In this document: piece by piece, positions 1 through 7,984 of the stretch
Position numbering within the stretch: position 1 is the stretch's first letter
How the letters are laid out: every line of letters starts with the position of its first letter
From: a virus
IMG/VR virus record: IMGVR_UViG_3300033407_000062
Location: 1 to 38,245 of that record
DNA length: 38,245 nucleotides
Reading direction: 5' to 3' (one strand)
The notes under the pieces: generated by a model
The model's database searches: none
The model's input: only the letters and a program-made list of their open reading frames with translations
Told to the model about the DNA's origin: nothing
Translations under genes and position numbers: made by a program

Positions 1-127
1 TAAACTCCCGCCTGTCTGAATGGATGCTCGAAGCGAAAGCCTCCTCAAAGGCGGAGGGCGAGATTATCGGACGCACGCAAGCAAACGAACGTACTGATAT
101 GCTGGCGAAAGGCCAGTCCCACGAAGG
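1..127. repeat. terminal overlap, exact copy of 38119-38245 (circular closure of the contig)
   Basis: Read base by base: taaactcccgcctgtctgaatgg...ccagtcccacgaagg is present at both window ends. 127 nt is a typical assembler k-mer overlap. Confidence 0.95.
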
Positions 128-137
128 GGAAACGTAA
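1..137 (+). CDS. 3' end of the junction-spanning holin-like ORF (redundant with 38119-38245, plus 10 nt ending in TAA 135-137)
   Basis: The frame carried over from 37833 stays open through the overlap and stops at TAA 135-137. Confidence 0.6.
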   Translation, partial: NSRLSEWMLEAKASSKAEGEIIGRTQANERTDMLAKGQSHEGET

Positions 138-187
138 ATTAGGTAATACCCTGACGAACTACGCCGGGATAAGTAAAGGAGTAAGAC

Positions 188-577
188 ATGAATAAAAATA
201 GAACCGTAGTTGTAATTGTTGCGGCCCTCGTCTTCGTCGGCGGCTTCTTCGCCGTCAATAGCGGCATGGCTCAGGCTGTGCAGGTACCGCAGCAGATCAA
301 TCTCTGGCTGGTCGCTGTGACCTTCGCCGCCGTCGCCGCTGGCTTGGATTGGTTATTTATTTTCACCAGCCTCGACTTTCGCGGATTGGCTGCCGAATTA
401 GCAGGCACGTTGTCGGCTTTTGTCGTTCTGGAATTTCAGAACATCATTAACCTGATCCCCGCAACCTTCGACCCGTATGTCAGTTTCGTTTTCACCGTGC
501 TGGTCGTCCTGTTGGGTGGCGCGGGCGTGTTGCGCGTGATCGCCCTGTTCAGAGGCAGTAAAGCGTTGCTCGCATAA
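188..577 (+). CDS. integral membrane protein, about 4 TM segments, neighbour of the lysis module (holin/antiholin-like candidate)
   Basis: AAGGAG lies 6 nt upstream of the ATG. The translation is almost entirely hydrophobic helices. An intrinsic terminator follows. Confidence 0.65.
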   Translation: MNKNRTVVVIVAALVFVGGFFAVNSGMAQAVQVPQQINLWLVAVTFAAVAAGLDWLFIFTSLDFRGLAAELAGTLSAFVVLEFQNIINLIPATFDPYVSFVFTVLVVLLGGAGVLRVIALFRGSKALLA

Positions 578-594
578 GACAGCAACAAGAGACT

Positions 595-628
595 AAAAAA
601 GCCCCGTCAATCGACGGGGCTTTGTGTT
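595..628. terminator. bidirectional intrinsic terminator between convergent arms
   Basis: GCCCCGTC-aatc-GACGGGGC hairpin (601-620), flanked by A6 upstream and TTTGTGTT downstream. Confidence 0.8.
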
Positions 629-745
629 ATGTTGGGGGAGTGGGTTTGTCTATACATACTTTATGCTTTCGATAAGAATAGTTAGCATAAACATGGTTTC
701 GATAACCCGTATTATCTAAAAGCATTATTTTGAAGGTGCAGACCC

Positions 746-1042
746 TCATTCCATCCCTGACAACACGAAGATATTTACTTGCTCCACCGCGCATTTTTCA
801 CAGAGAGTAATGTCAACAGGCTCCATCATAGGCATTGTCATTTCCTCATCCGTCCCCATGACGTTCGCAAGCATGGCGTTACCACCAAGCATCGCGGCTA
901 ATCCGTCCTGCCGTCTTACTGCATCCAGATTGATTCCATGTCGCTCGATGTGCAATGTAAAGAACATCGGAACTCCGGACTTGCCAATTAATTCACCGCA
1001 CTTGTTACAGGTTGCGTGTTTACGTAATTCTTTTTCTTTCAT
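746..1042 (-). CDS. hypothetical small Zn-ribbon-like protein
   Basis: 98-aa ORF with CNKCG and CEKC pairs. It overlaps the upstream gene by 4 nt. Confidence 0.55.
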   Translation of the reverse strand: MKEKELRKHATCNKCGELIGKSGVPMFFTLHIERHGINLDAVRRQDGLAAMLGGNAMLANVMGTDEEMTMPMMEPVDITLCEKCAVEQVNIFVLSGME

Positions 1043-1257
1043 CTCGCGTCCCTCCTGACAGCCAAGGCCGTCAATCTCATACCTAGTTTCTCGTACTCAT
1101 CCGCAAGGATCAACAGGGCTGCTTTGTCTCGCCTGGATATAGCAGCCCTGCGTCTGTCATTCATCGCGCCTAATGCCTCGACCCGTGACGTTGTGCCATC
1201 GCGGTTGCGGCGAGTGCGCTCTGTCACGCCGTGGCTGGTGATGTATTTGTTGCTCAT
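1039..1257 (-). CDS. hypothetical basic protein
   Basis: 72-aa ORF with 4-nt overlaps to both neighbours on the same strand. Confidence 0.45.
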   Translation of the reverse strand: MSNKYITSHGVTERTRRNRDGTTSRVEALGAMNDRRRAAISRRDKAALLILADEYEKLGMRLTALAVRRDAR

Positions 1258-1853
1258 TGCTCGCGCTCCTTCATCTGTGCGGCTTTCTCGAATTGGCGTG
1301 CTGGGTTTTTTTCACAGAATCTACTATGAGCATTCATAGATGCCAGCGTACCGCTTTTTCCGCATTGCCATTTGCATTCAATCTGCTCTGTCATTTTTTT
1401 GGATCTGCTCTTTCTGGCAGCAGACTGCTTGCCTCTGCTCCCGCTCTGCTTACCAGATTTAGCGGGCTTGCTCTCGTTTTCGACCAGACCGCGACCAGAT
1501 ATAAAACCAGCTAGAGCAGTTGCGCCATCAGGTAGAATGCCCCAAACCGCCGCCACAATTCCACGCCATATCGGATTTTGAATAACGTCAAGCCCATAAT
1601 AAATTGACGTGCCGATTATCACAGGACTTAGAGTCATGATTCCAATCATAGCTATCCATGATGACAGCTTCCTACCTTTGGCTATGGTGTTGATCTGACT
1701 GGAAGCGTATGCAGTAGTAAACGAAATTAATGCCCCCATCGAGCCGACCACAAATATACCGATCCACGAAAAGTATAAAAAGCCGCCAAACGCATACTGG
1801 ATCGTCTGCACAACCGCAGCATAAAAAGGGAGATGTTTTTTATTCAGCTTCAT
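1254..1853 (-). CDS. membrane protein (about 4 TM) with Lys/Ser/Arg-rich linker and C-terminal Cys/His cluster
   Basis: 199-aa ORF. Hydrophobic N-terminal two thirds, then a KSGKQSGSRGKQSAARKSRSKK linker, then C..C....H..C. Confidence 0.55.
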   Translation of the reverse strand: MKLNKKHLPFYAAVVQTIQYAFGGFLYFSWIGIFVVGSMGALISFTTAYASSQINTIAKGRKLSSWIAMIGIMTLSPVIIGTSIYYGLDVIQNPIWRGIVAAVWGILPDGATALAGFISGRGLVENESKPAKSGKQSGSRGKQSAARKSRSKKMTEQIECKWQCGKSGTLASMNAHSRFCEKNPARQFEKAAQMKEREQ

Positions 1854-2041
1854 TCGTCGGCCTCTTCCTCTTCAATATCAACTCCGTATTTATTCCAGGC
1901 ATTTTGTAGATGACCAGAATGGTGATTATTTTTATTCAACGAGCTAATATGAGTAGACCATCGTTGCTTTATATTCACAGCGGAGCCGACATAGAACTTC
2001 CCGTTGAGCGTGTTTTTGATTTGATAAATTCCACTAGCCAT
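1850..2041 (-). CDS. truncated GIY-YIG (I-TevI-like) nuclease, N-terminal ~55 aa of the catalytic domain only; probable homing-endonuclease remnant
   Basis: SGIYQIKNTLNGKFYVGSA...QRW..H...L......LQNAWNKYG closely matches the I-TevI N-terminus as I remember it. The ORF ends before the catalytic Glu and has no DNA-binding domain. Confidence 0.65.
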   Translation of the reverse strand: MASGIYQIKNTLNGKFYVGSAVNIKQRWSTHISSLNKNNHHSGHLQNAWNKYGVDIEEEEADE

Positions 2042-2060
2042 TAGATTTCCTTTTGCTTTT

Positions 2061-2097
2061 GTCGAGTAGTCGCAGTAGTCGTAGTCGCGGTAGTCGG
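2061..2097. repeat. four TAGTCG copies spaced 9/6/9 nt in the intergenic region upstream of the GIY-YIG remnant
   Basis: gtcgagTAGTCGcagTAGTCGTAGTCGcggTAGTCGg read directly. Confidence 0.6.
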
Positions 2098-2118
2098 CAA
2101 AAGCCTAAAAACAGGGCA

Positions 2119-4038
2119 TTATTGAGCCGTAGTCATCGTCGGACTGCCCATCACCGAGCGAAGCTGATCGAGCACAACCTTGACCTTCCGAGCAGCCGCC
2201 CCACCGCGATAACCGAAAACCTTATCTTCAATCTCAGCCTGCGACCAGCTTCCATCCTGGTAGAGCTCCACGATCCACAACTCCTTATCAGCCAGGCCGC
2301 TAACGAACTCAGCGAGCGATGCTGGCGGAGCGTCAATCCGGGGAGATACGGCCGACTCAATAACGGGATGATCAATGATCACACCTTCCACCCATTCGGC
2401 ACCATCGTTCTGCTGTACAGGACGGGAGGCCAGGAACGTTTCGACTTCCCTATCTTGCAGGAAGAAGCCGACGCCGCGCCGGATGTTTGAGTCGTCCGAG
2501 ACACGCGCCAGGAAATGGCGGAACGCAGGCAGCCTGTCCGCCCCTGCCCCATCGCTGACATTACCGCCCAACGCGATCCGGCTCTTGGTCGCGTTATCCA
2601 TCGAGTAGACAATACGCGCCATCTGCGACCGCGTGGTCGTGTCGATATTCTGAGCAGTTGCATCCTGCAAGCCGATGGTTATGGACAGCCCGAACTTTGC
2701 ACCGTCCAAGGCGATGCTGCGGACTTCGGCGGTCACTTCCTTCGCCTGTTGGTTTGGCATACGGATCAACGCTCCGGAGTAGTCATCGAGTACCAACATT
2801 GTAGAGGGAGCGCCGTAGCGTTCCCATGTGCCGATCCCCTTCGAAGTGAGCAGAGAGTCGCGGATGTCCATCTGTGCAGATGCTACCTGGAGCACGTCAA
2901 TATATCTTTGCGCATCCTTGCGCACATCCACGGCCAGGAGCCGAAAATTTGGATGGTCAACAAATGGGATCCAGTCCACACGTTTTCCCATAACGATAAC
3001 GTTCCAGCCCTGCGTCAAGAGACAGGCGACCGCAGTCCGCTCTCCCGTAAGAGTCTTGCCGCTGCGGGATCGTCCGGCATAGAGTAGATGAGGACGCATG
3101 GAAGTATCAACCAGGAGCAGCTTTGAATTCTCATCGTTACCGACCGGGAGCAGATTACCGTCCCATTTATTCAACTCGACCCAAGTGGGGAGAGGTAATT
3201 CAGGATAAGCGTCACCCGCTTCGACCTGCTCCAGTTCGTCCGTCTCGGGTTCGGGGAGTAGTCCCTGAGACTTCAACATGGCATGGGGCAACGCTCGGCG
3301 GCGCGTGTGCATGTTGCTTAGTTGCGCGAGGCGCGTGACTTCGCTCTGCCGCTCGTCCGTTATTTTCGGCAAAAGTTCAAGGTACTTTTGATTGACAGCG
3401 ACTGTCCCATTTGCGGAGCGATCCAAGTCGGTGAAGGTCCCGTCTATGAAATTGAGCAACGGCAGAGGCGCGCCTTCAGGAGATACGCCGACCGGCGAGA
3501 ACTGTAACCGCTTTATCATCGTGTACGCCCAGGCCGTCGCTACGAACAGGATCACGATAAAAACAAAGTATCCGAAGGACGCTTTCATCATGTTGACAGA
3601 CCTGGCACGCTCGAACGCCAGTTCATCATTACGCTGAATAACGATCATCGCCTGCTGCGTGACGGATGCGACCTGCGTATAAATCCCCGCCTCGGACGTT
3701 GATCGAGCATTGAACGCCTGCAAGTTCGCGTCCGCTGTTTGAGTGGAGGCCGCCGCTGTGCTGGTTGCATCGCTGTACATTTTCTGCACTGCCAACTCGA
3801 CCGCCGCCTGTGTGCCTGTGGCGTAGGGAGCGAACGCGAACGAAGTGGACGCGGCAGAGGTAGCCGACGCCTGAGAGTTATAAAAATCCTCCTGCGCTCC
3901 ATAGGCTTCTTTTGTCTGCCGCGCAGATTCAGCCGCAACGCCTGGAGCGATGACGTACCCGCTGGGATCGACCTGCTGTGCAGGTGTCGCGCATCCAGTC
4001 AGGATCAGGACTGCTAATGTGAGGATATATTTCTTCAT
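2119..4038 (-). CDS. FtsK/SpoIIIE-like ATPase with N-terminal lipoprotein signal, extracytoplasmic Ala/Ser/Thr/Gln-rich region and one TM helix
   Basis: Lipobox LILTGC. TM helix FGYFVFIVILFVATAWAYTMI. Walker A GRSRSGKT and Walker B MLVLDDY. The downstream pattern GLQDATAQNIDTTTRSQMARIVYSMDNATKSRIALG resembles the FtsK motor. Confidence 0.7.
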   Translation of the reverse strand: MKKYILTLAVLILTGCATPAQQVDPSGYVIAPGVAAESARQTKEAYGAQEDFYNSQASATSAASTSFAFAPYATGTQAAVELAVQKMYSDATSTAAASTQTADANLQAFNARSTSEAGIYTQVASVTQQAMIVIQRNDELAFERARSVNMMKASFGYFVFIVILFVATAWAYTMIKRLQFSPVGVSPEGAPLPLLNFIDGTFTDLDRSANGTVAVNQKYLELLPKITDERQSEVTRLAQLSNMHTRRRALPHAMLKSQGLLPEPETDELEQVEAGDAYPELPLPTWVELNKWDGNLLPVGNDENSKLLLVDTSMRPHLLYAGRSRSGKTLTGERTAVACLLTQGWNVIVMGKRVDWIPFVDHPNFRLLAVDVRKDAQRYIDVLQVASAQMDIRDSLLTSKGIGTWERYGAPSTMLVLDDYSGALIRMPNQQAKEVTAEVRSIALDGAKFGLSITIGLQDATAQNIDTTTRSQMARIVYSMDNATKSRIALGGNVSDGAGADRLPAFRHFLARVSDDSNIRRGVGFFLQDREVETFLASRPVQQNDGAEWVEGVIIDHPVIESAVSPRIDAPPASLAEFVSGLADKELWIVELYQDGSWSQAEIEDKVFGYRGGAAARKVKVVLDQLRSVMGSPTMTTAQ

Positions 4039-4115
4039 GGCCTTACTCCTAACAAAACGCTCCCCCGCTCGGTGGATGATACCGAACGAGAGAGCAGAGG
4101 TATTGTACTTTATTT

Positions 4116-4136
4116 GTGATCAATCATCCTGATCAC
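4116..4136. promoter_or_regulatory. operator-like palindrome GTGATCA-n7-TGATCAC just downstream of the putative promoter
   Basis: 7-bp perfect inverted repeat, read directly. Confidence 0.4.
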
Positions 4137-4142
4137 TTCCAC

Positions 4143-4171
4143 ATTGTACACCTGTTTCTAAACGGATGCAA
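4143..4171 (-). promoter_or_regulatory. sigma70-like promoter for the FtsK-like gene (-35 TTGCAT, 17 nt, -10 TACAAT)
   Basis: Reverse complement of 4166-4171 and 4143-4148; the spacer was counted as 17 nt. Confidence 0.5.
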
Positions 4172-4249
4172 TAGGCAATCTTTTTTTCGTGTCCCGCTCA
4201 CCTGCCCCATCACAACGCTGGACGGGATCGTGGTCGTTACCACTTATCT

Positions 4250-4292
4250 AGTTGTCTATACGACTTAATCAGTCTAGACAACTTAATCAGTC
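4250..4292. promoter_or_regulatory. operator-like repeat cluster: 9-bp inverted repeat AGTTGTCTA/TAGACAACT plus 12-bp direct repeat ACTTAATCAGTC x2
   Basis: Inverted repeat at 4250-4258 and 4275-4283. Direct repeats at 4263-4274 and 4281-4292. Confidence 0.45.
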
Positions 4293-4577
4293 GTCGCCAA
4301 TGTCGGCGCGTTCCTGCCAGTCGTAGCTCTCCCAATCCTCTGGGGCTTCTGGTTCGGTGACTTCGCCATCGTTTACATCGTCGGGGTCTGTTGTGACTTC
4401 CAGCGAATTCGACATCCATAGACAGTAAGCCATCCCGCCGCGCGCTCCCGCATCCGCGTATTCGTCGGCAAGCTGCACCCAATCGGCGCAGGTCTGATCC
4501 TTGCGGAATAGCAGCGCCTTTTTCTTTTTTGCCAACGCAATAAGAACGGGGTCGGATAATACAGAGGTTGATTTCAT
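4287..4577 (-). CDS. hypothetical acidic protein
   Basis: 96-aa ORF with ordinary composition and a 4-nt overlap with the upstream gene. Preferred over the Arg-rich 116-aa alternative frame. Confidence 0.5.
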   Translation of the reverse strand: MKSTSVLSDPVLIALAKKKKALLFRKDQTCADWVQLADEYADAGARGGMAYCLWMSNSLEVTTDPDDVNDGEVTEPEAPEDWESYDWQERADIGDD

Positions 4578-4876
4578 CGCATGTCACCTATTATCTTTGC
4601 CATTTCTTCGGGAGTCTCAACAACCCAAAAATCAATATTCAATTCGGCGCAAAACTTCATCAGGTCTTTTTCATCGTCCGTAAGTTTGCGCTTGGATGGC
4701 GGCTGCATGGGGTTCTTGACTTCTACAAATGACATCCAATCGAGTATCAGAATATCGGCGCCGAAGCCAGGAGGGAGCAGCTTGAAGCGAAGACCAGCGC
4801 GGGACAGTACCGCCGCGATAAGCGGCTCGTTCAAATCACGCTTGCCTGCCTGAAAATACTTGCTTGCCCTGCTCAT
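4574..4876 (-). CDS. small PD-(D/E)XK nuclease, VRR-NUC-like (possible resolvase)
   Basis: GADILILD....VEVK motif followed by ..FWVVETPEEM, the usual VRR-NUC layout. Confidence 0.55.
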   Translation of the reverse strand: MSRASKYFQAGKRDLNEPLIAAVLSRAGLRFKLLPPGFGADILILDWMSFVEVKNPMQPPSKRKLTDDEKDLMKFCAELNIDFWVVETPEEMAKIIGDMR

Positions 4877-5010
4877 CTTTTACCGCCAATATTCGCAGCG
4901 ACCACCCATACCAGCGGGACGTCATACGCTTTGCCGTTGAATATATGCGTATGCGTCGTAATGAGCATATCCAGGAATTCCAGATAACAAACGGGGCAGA
5001 TTAGTTTCAT
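4873..5010 (-). CDS. hypothetical 45-aa protein (MKLICPVCYLEF...)
   Basis: Internal ATG forms an ATGA overlap with the stop of the upstream 60-aa ORF. The longer 107-aa version has an Arg/His-rich out-of-context N-terminus. Confidence 0.4.
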   Translation of the reverse strand: MKLICPVCYLEFLDMLITTHTHIFNGKAYDVPLVWVVAANIGGKR

Positions 5011-5189
5011 TTCGCCGCCTCGTAATGCTCTGCCCGTCTCTGCATAGCCTCGGACGCGGCGGGCATATCCAGCAGACGAAAGGCGACCGCCGCCATTCTG
5101 TACAGGGCGGGGTCGCTGCCACGCTCTGCGATGGCGCGCAGGGATTGCGCCTGCTCGATGGTCGGGGTGTTGGGGATGGTGATGTTCAC
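5007..5189 (-). CDS. hypothetical 60-aa protein
   Basis: Helical-looking ORF, translationally coupled at both ends. Confidence 0.45.
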   Translation of the reverse strand: MNITIPNTPTIEQAQSLRAIAERGSDPALYRMAAVAFRLLDMPAASEAMQRRAEHYEAAK

Positions 5190-5965
5190 TTCGCACTCCC
5201 TGGACGCTCCATGAGCGGGCGGTAACTGTCGCCCGTCAACTCGACTACGAAGTTCCTGCCGTCCGAGAGTCTATCTGTGATCCTGAAATCAAGATCGCGC
5301 GGGGCAATGTTCCCAGCCATGATGGTAACAAATCCTTCGCCGCGCTCTGTGCCTGCTTCGTGGCGTTTATTGACCACATGAAAGAACTGCTCTACCTTGA
5401 ATTCAGTGGATCGCTCGGTCGTGAGTTCGTCAATCGCCAGTAAAGGATACGAAATAAATTTATCCTGCATCTCCATAATTCGCCGCTGTGGTTCGTCGTC
5501 ATCGAACGCGGAGCGCATCTGGTCGAGTATGTCTTTCTGAGTCGTCAGATGAAATATACCGCGCCCATCCCGACCCCATCTCGCACACGCGATCTGTAAC
5601 AGTTTACTCTTGGCAAGCCCTGCCCCGCCGTAGAGATAGCCGACGCCGTTCCCGTAATCGAGCAGGTCTTTGATTGCGCGGATCGCTTCGGCCACATTCT
5701 CGCGGTCTTTGATTTCGTTCCAGTCTGCCGATCTGATCTCCGCCGCTGTTAGTCCGTGGCCGTTGAAGATGGAGCTTTCAGGGGGCAGGTTCGGACACGG
5801 TGAGGTTTTACCGAAGCGGGGGTCTCCGAACTCGACATCGAAGCGGACGTAACCGACGCCGCCGCAGACCTCACAGTCGGGAGTGCATAACATTCTCGCG
5901 GATGCGCTTGGGTCTCTGGAGCCGACCCATTTCCCGGCTGTAATAACATCCTTTATATTTTTCAT
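5186..5965 (-). CDS. DnaC/IstB-like AAA+ helicase-loader protein with N-terminal Cys cluster
   Basis: P-loop-like GGAGLAKSK, Walker B LLAIDEL, and position directly after a DnaD-like gene. Confidence 0.65.
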   Translation of the reverse strand: MKNIKDVITAGKWVGSRDPSASARMLCTPDCEVCGGVGYVRFDVEFGDPRFGKTSPCPNLPPESSIFNGHGLTAAEIRSADWNEIKDRENVAEAIRAIKDLLDYGNGVGYLYGGAGLAKSKLLQIACARWGRDGRGIFHLTTQKDILDQMRSAFDDDEPQRRIMEMQDKFISYPLLAIDELTTERSTEFKVEQFFHVVNKRHEAGTERGEGFVTIMAGNIAPRDLDFRITDRLSDGRNFVVELTGDSYRPLMERPGSAK

Positions 5966-6783
5966 TAGATTTTCACGCTTTCCGCATTTGCCATTTCTGC
6001 CTTAAGTTTTGCTTTCTTCGCTGCCAATTCCGCCGTGAAGTTATCTTTCGCGGGCGCCTGGGGTGTGGCATTGAACTTGGATTTATTTTGCTTCGGGTTT
6101 TTTCTCGGAGCAGGATACCCGTCACGCTCCCAACCGCGCAGGATACCATCGACATAACTTGAGTTGTGCTTGCTGGTCGCTTCCTGTGCCGTTGCCAGTG
6201 CAACCGCTTTGAGTATCCATTCCACGCTGTGGATTTCCAGCCAGGTATCAAATAGGTCAGCCGATCCGCTTTTTAGACCTCCGCCTTGAAGGGTTGCGAT
6301 TGCATTTGAGACGGTTGCGAAATCTTCATCTGTATATATATTATGGGTAGGGACGGATGAGGATGGATAGGGTGACTCTGGTACACTAGTTTTTGCCTCA
6401 GAGTCACTAGTTTTTGCCTCAGAGTCACTAGTTTTTGGTCTACCGTTCTTTGACCTCTTCTTGGGTAAATTTCCTAATTTATTGACCATTACGGAATAGT
6501 TATTTGTCCCGTATATGCTTGTCCCGGCTAGTCGCATATAACCATTCTCGATCAATGCCCTTACCACTCGGATAACTGTTCGCCTTGTCACGCTAGATTT
6601 CTTTGCCAATGTCTCAAAACTATTCCAGCTATTCTCCCCGAAATCGTCAGATGAATCGGCGATGGATAAAAGAACGATCTTTGCAGTATGTGACGCGACT
6701 TTTACTATCTTGCCTTTTTTACCTTTGTATTCAAGCGATTGTATGTCTGTCCAAAACACACGACCCATAACTGTTACGCTCAT
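5965..6783 (-). CDS. replication initiator/organiser: N-terminal winged-HTH plus C-terminal DnaD-like domain
   Basis: SSVTRRTVIRVVRALIENGYM is HTH-like. SSYVDGILRGWERDGYP is a DnaD/DnaB_2-like motif. Confidence 0.65.
   Translation of the reverse strand: MSVTVMGRVFWTDIQSLEYKGKKGKIVKVASHTAKIVLLSIADSSDDFGENSWNSFETLAKKSSVTRRTVIRVVRALIENGYMRLAGTSIYGTNNYSVMVNKLGNLPKKRSKNGRPKTSDSEAKTSDSEAKTSVPESPYPSSSVPTHNIYTDEDFATVSNAIATLQGGGLKSGSADLFDTWLEIHSVEWILKAVALATAQEATSKHNSSYVDGILRGWERDGYPAPRKNPKQNKSKFNATPQAPAKDNFTAELAAKKAKLKAEMANAESVKI
6372..6438. repeat. iteron-like repeats inside the initiator gene: 21-bp unit CACTAGTTTTTGCCTCAGAGT x2.6 plus inverted GTGACTCTG/CAGAGTCAC
   Basis: Units at 6384-6404, 6405-6425 and 6426-6438. 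Inverted arm at 6372-6380 versus 6399-6407. The repeats encode KTSDSEAKTSDSEAKTS. Confidence 0.7.
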
Positions 6784-6850
6784 TTCGCCACCCGTTCAGT
6801 TTCTTTAACCTGTGCTATAATTTGTCCTGTCATTGAAGGTTCCTTTCCTG

Positions 6851-6883
6851 AAAATCTCCGCCCCGCAAAGAGGCGGAGATTTT
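6851..6883. terminator. intrinsic terminator after the RecT gene (usable in both directions)
   Basis: AAAATCTCCGCC-ccgcaaaga-GGCGGAGATTTT, 12-bp arms read directly. Confidence 0.7.
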
Positions 6884-6889
6884 CGTTAA

Positions 6890-7969
6890 TTATGCTGATA
6901 CCTTTTTCAATTGCTGAATGATATACACTCCTGCGTATTCGATACGCTTCGCGTCCATTTTATCACGCTCATAGAGCGGGAGATTTAGACCAGCTTCCTT
7001 CGCCTGCTCTACCAGCTTTTGGAAGTCATCCCAGGCGCCATCGCCGCCAGTTGTTTCGTTGGCGACTGTTGTTACAGGCTTACGCATGGGGCCTGGGGTA
7101 GTAGACTCGATAGGCAACTCCGCAACAACTTCGGGATCGTCCGGGGGGAACATCTGATCAACTTCGTCGATGTCCTCATAGACAGGTTCTATTGCGTCAA
7201 TCGTCTCAGCCTCGACAGTTTCATCTTCCTGTAACGCTTCCCTCAATTTGCTGGACGCGCCGCCTGACAAATCCATGAACTTCGATAACTTTATGAATAC
7301 CGTTTTCATTTCCATGGTCGGGCGTTTTTTTGGATCCTGCCATGCTCCGTATTTTGAGTTGTAACTGGCGGGCGACCATGTAAGAGCATGGGTTTGAATT
7401 TCTACCAGCGTCATCCAGACCGATTTCTCAAAACCGTGCTTTGTTTTGAAGTATCCGAGATAACCGATAACGGGCGCGGTCGGGCTTCCACTGGTTACGT
7501 CGCGCATATTGTCAATCCTCAAGCCGCCCTCACCCTGGACGGGCGCGAATAAGGTTTCGCTACCACCCTTGGCCCAATAATGGAGGCCTGTCTGCGGGTC
7601 TTGCAGTACACGCTCACCCTGATGGATAGGCATGACCGAGATATAGCGGTATTGATTCGTGCGGACTGCCAGATCATACAGCCCTGCGTAATGAGGCTGA
7701 AAACAAGCAACACCTTTTCGCGGGACTAGATAGGCTTGGCGGAGCGCAGGGTCAAGTGATAAACCAAGAGCGGCCGACCTGAGCGCACCATTGGCTAGAC
7801 TGTTGGGGGAGCAGTTCATCAGTTCGGAACTGGATGCAATGCAGATCAAAGCGGACTTTATAAATGCGTTCGTTCCGCCTTGCAGAATTTTCTTGAACTC
7901 TGCAATAGTAGCGTCATCTTCAAAGACGGTTAATACCCGTTCGGGTAATGCTGTGATTGGGGATGTCAT
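6890..7969 (-). CDS. recT: RecT-family single-strand annealing protein with C-terminal extension
   Basis: The N-terminal 230 aa have the RecT pattern (..CSPNSLANGALRSAALGLSLDP..AYLVPRKG..FQPHYAGLYDLA..). Confidence 0.75.
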   Translation of the reverse strand: MTSPITALPERVLTVFEDDATIAEFKKILQGGTNAFIKSALICIASSSELMNCSPNSLANGALRSAALGLSLDPALRQAYLVPRKGVACFQPHYAGLYDLAVRTNQYRYISVMPIHQGERVLQDPQTGLHYWAKGGSETLFAPVQGEGGLRIDNMRDVTSGSPTAPVIGYLGYFKTKHGFEKSVWMTLVEIQTHALTWSPASYNSKYGAWQDPKKRPTMEMKTVFIKLSKFMDLSGGASSKLREALQEDETVEAETIDAIEPVYEDIDEVDQMFPPDDPEVVAELPIESTTPGPMRKPVTTVANETTGGDGAWDDFQKLVEQAKEAGLNLPLYERDKMDAKRIEYAGVYIIQQLKKVSA

Positions 7970-7984
7970 GATATTTTCCTTTTC

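Noticed and set aside
1-127. The 127-bp terminal repeat as a biological direct terminal repeat or cos-flanking redundancy
   Set aside because: Its exact 127-nt length and perfect identity are what a k-mer overlap of a circular assembly graph gives. A coding frame runs smoothly through it. Physical ends cannot be inferred from the sequence alone.
2053-3938. Many 60-190-aa ORFs on both strands inside the FtsK-like gene (for example 2053-2490 and 2515-3087 on the plus strand, 3645-3938 on the minus strand)
   Set aside because: They are Arg/Pro/Ser-rich shadow frames of a well-supported 639-aa gene and have no RBS or motif.
4237-4587. 116-aa minus ORF overlapping 4287-4577 in another frame
   Set aside because: It has an Arg/Cys-rich composition. 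The 96-aa frame has ordinary composition and a 4-nt overlap with its upstream neighbour.
4873-5196. 107-aa minus ORF as a single gene
   Set aside because: Its N-terminal 62 aa are His/Arg/Pro/Gly-rich and overlap the better 60-aa ORF. Only the C-terminal 45 codons, starting at an ATGA-coupled ATG, look coding.
6384-6438. The tandem 21-bp repeats as a mini CRISPR array
   Set aside because: The units are contiguous with no spacers, number only 2.6, and lie in frame inside a coding region. An iteron or linker-repeat interpretation fits better.
6793-6821. Plus-strand extended -10 (TGcTATAAT, 6813-6821) that would fire antisense into recT
   Set aside because: No acceptable -35 is present, and the site lies in the leader of the minus-strand initiator gene. 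A chance match in AT-rich sequence is likely, so it is not reported as a feature.
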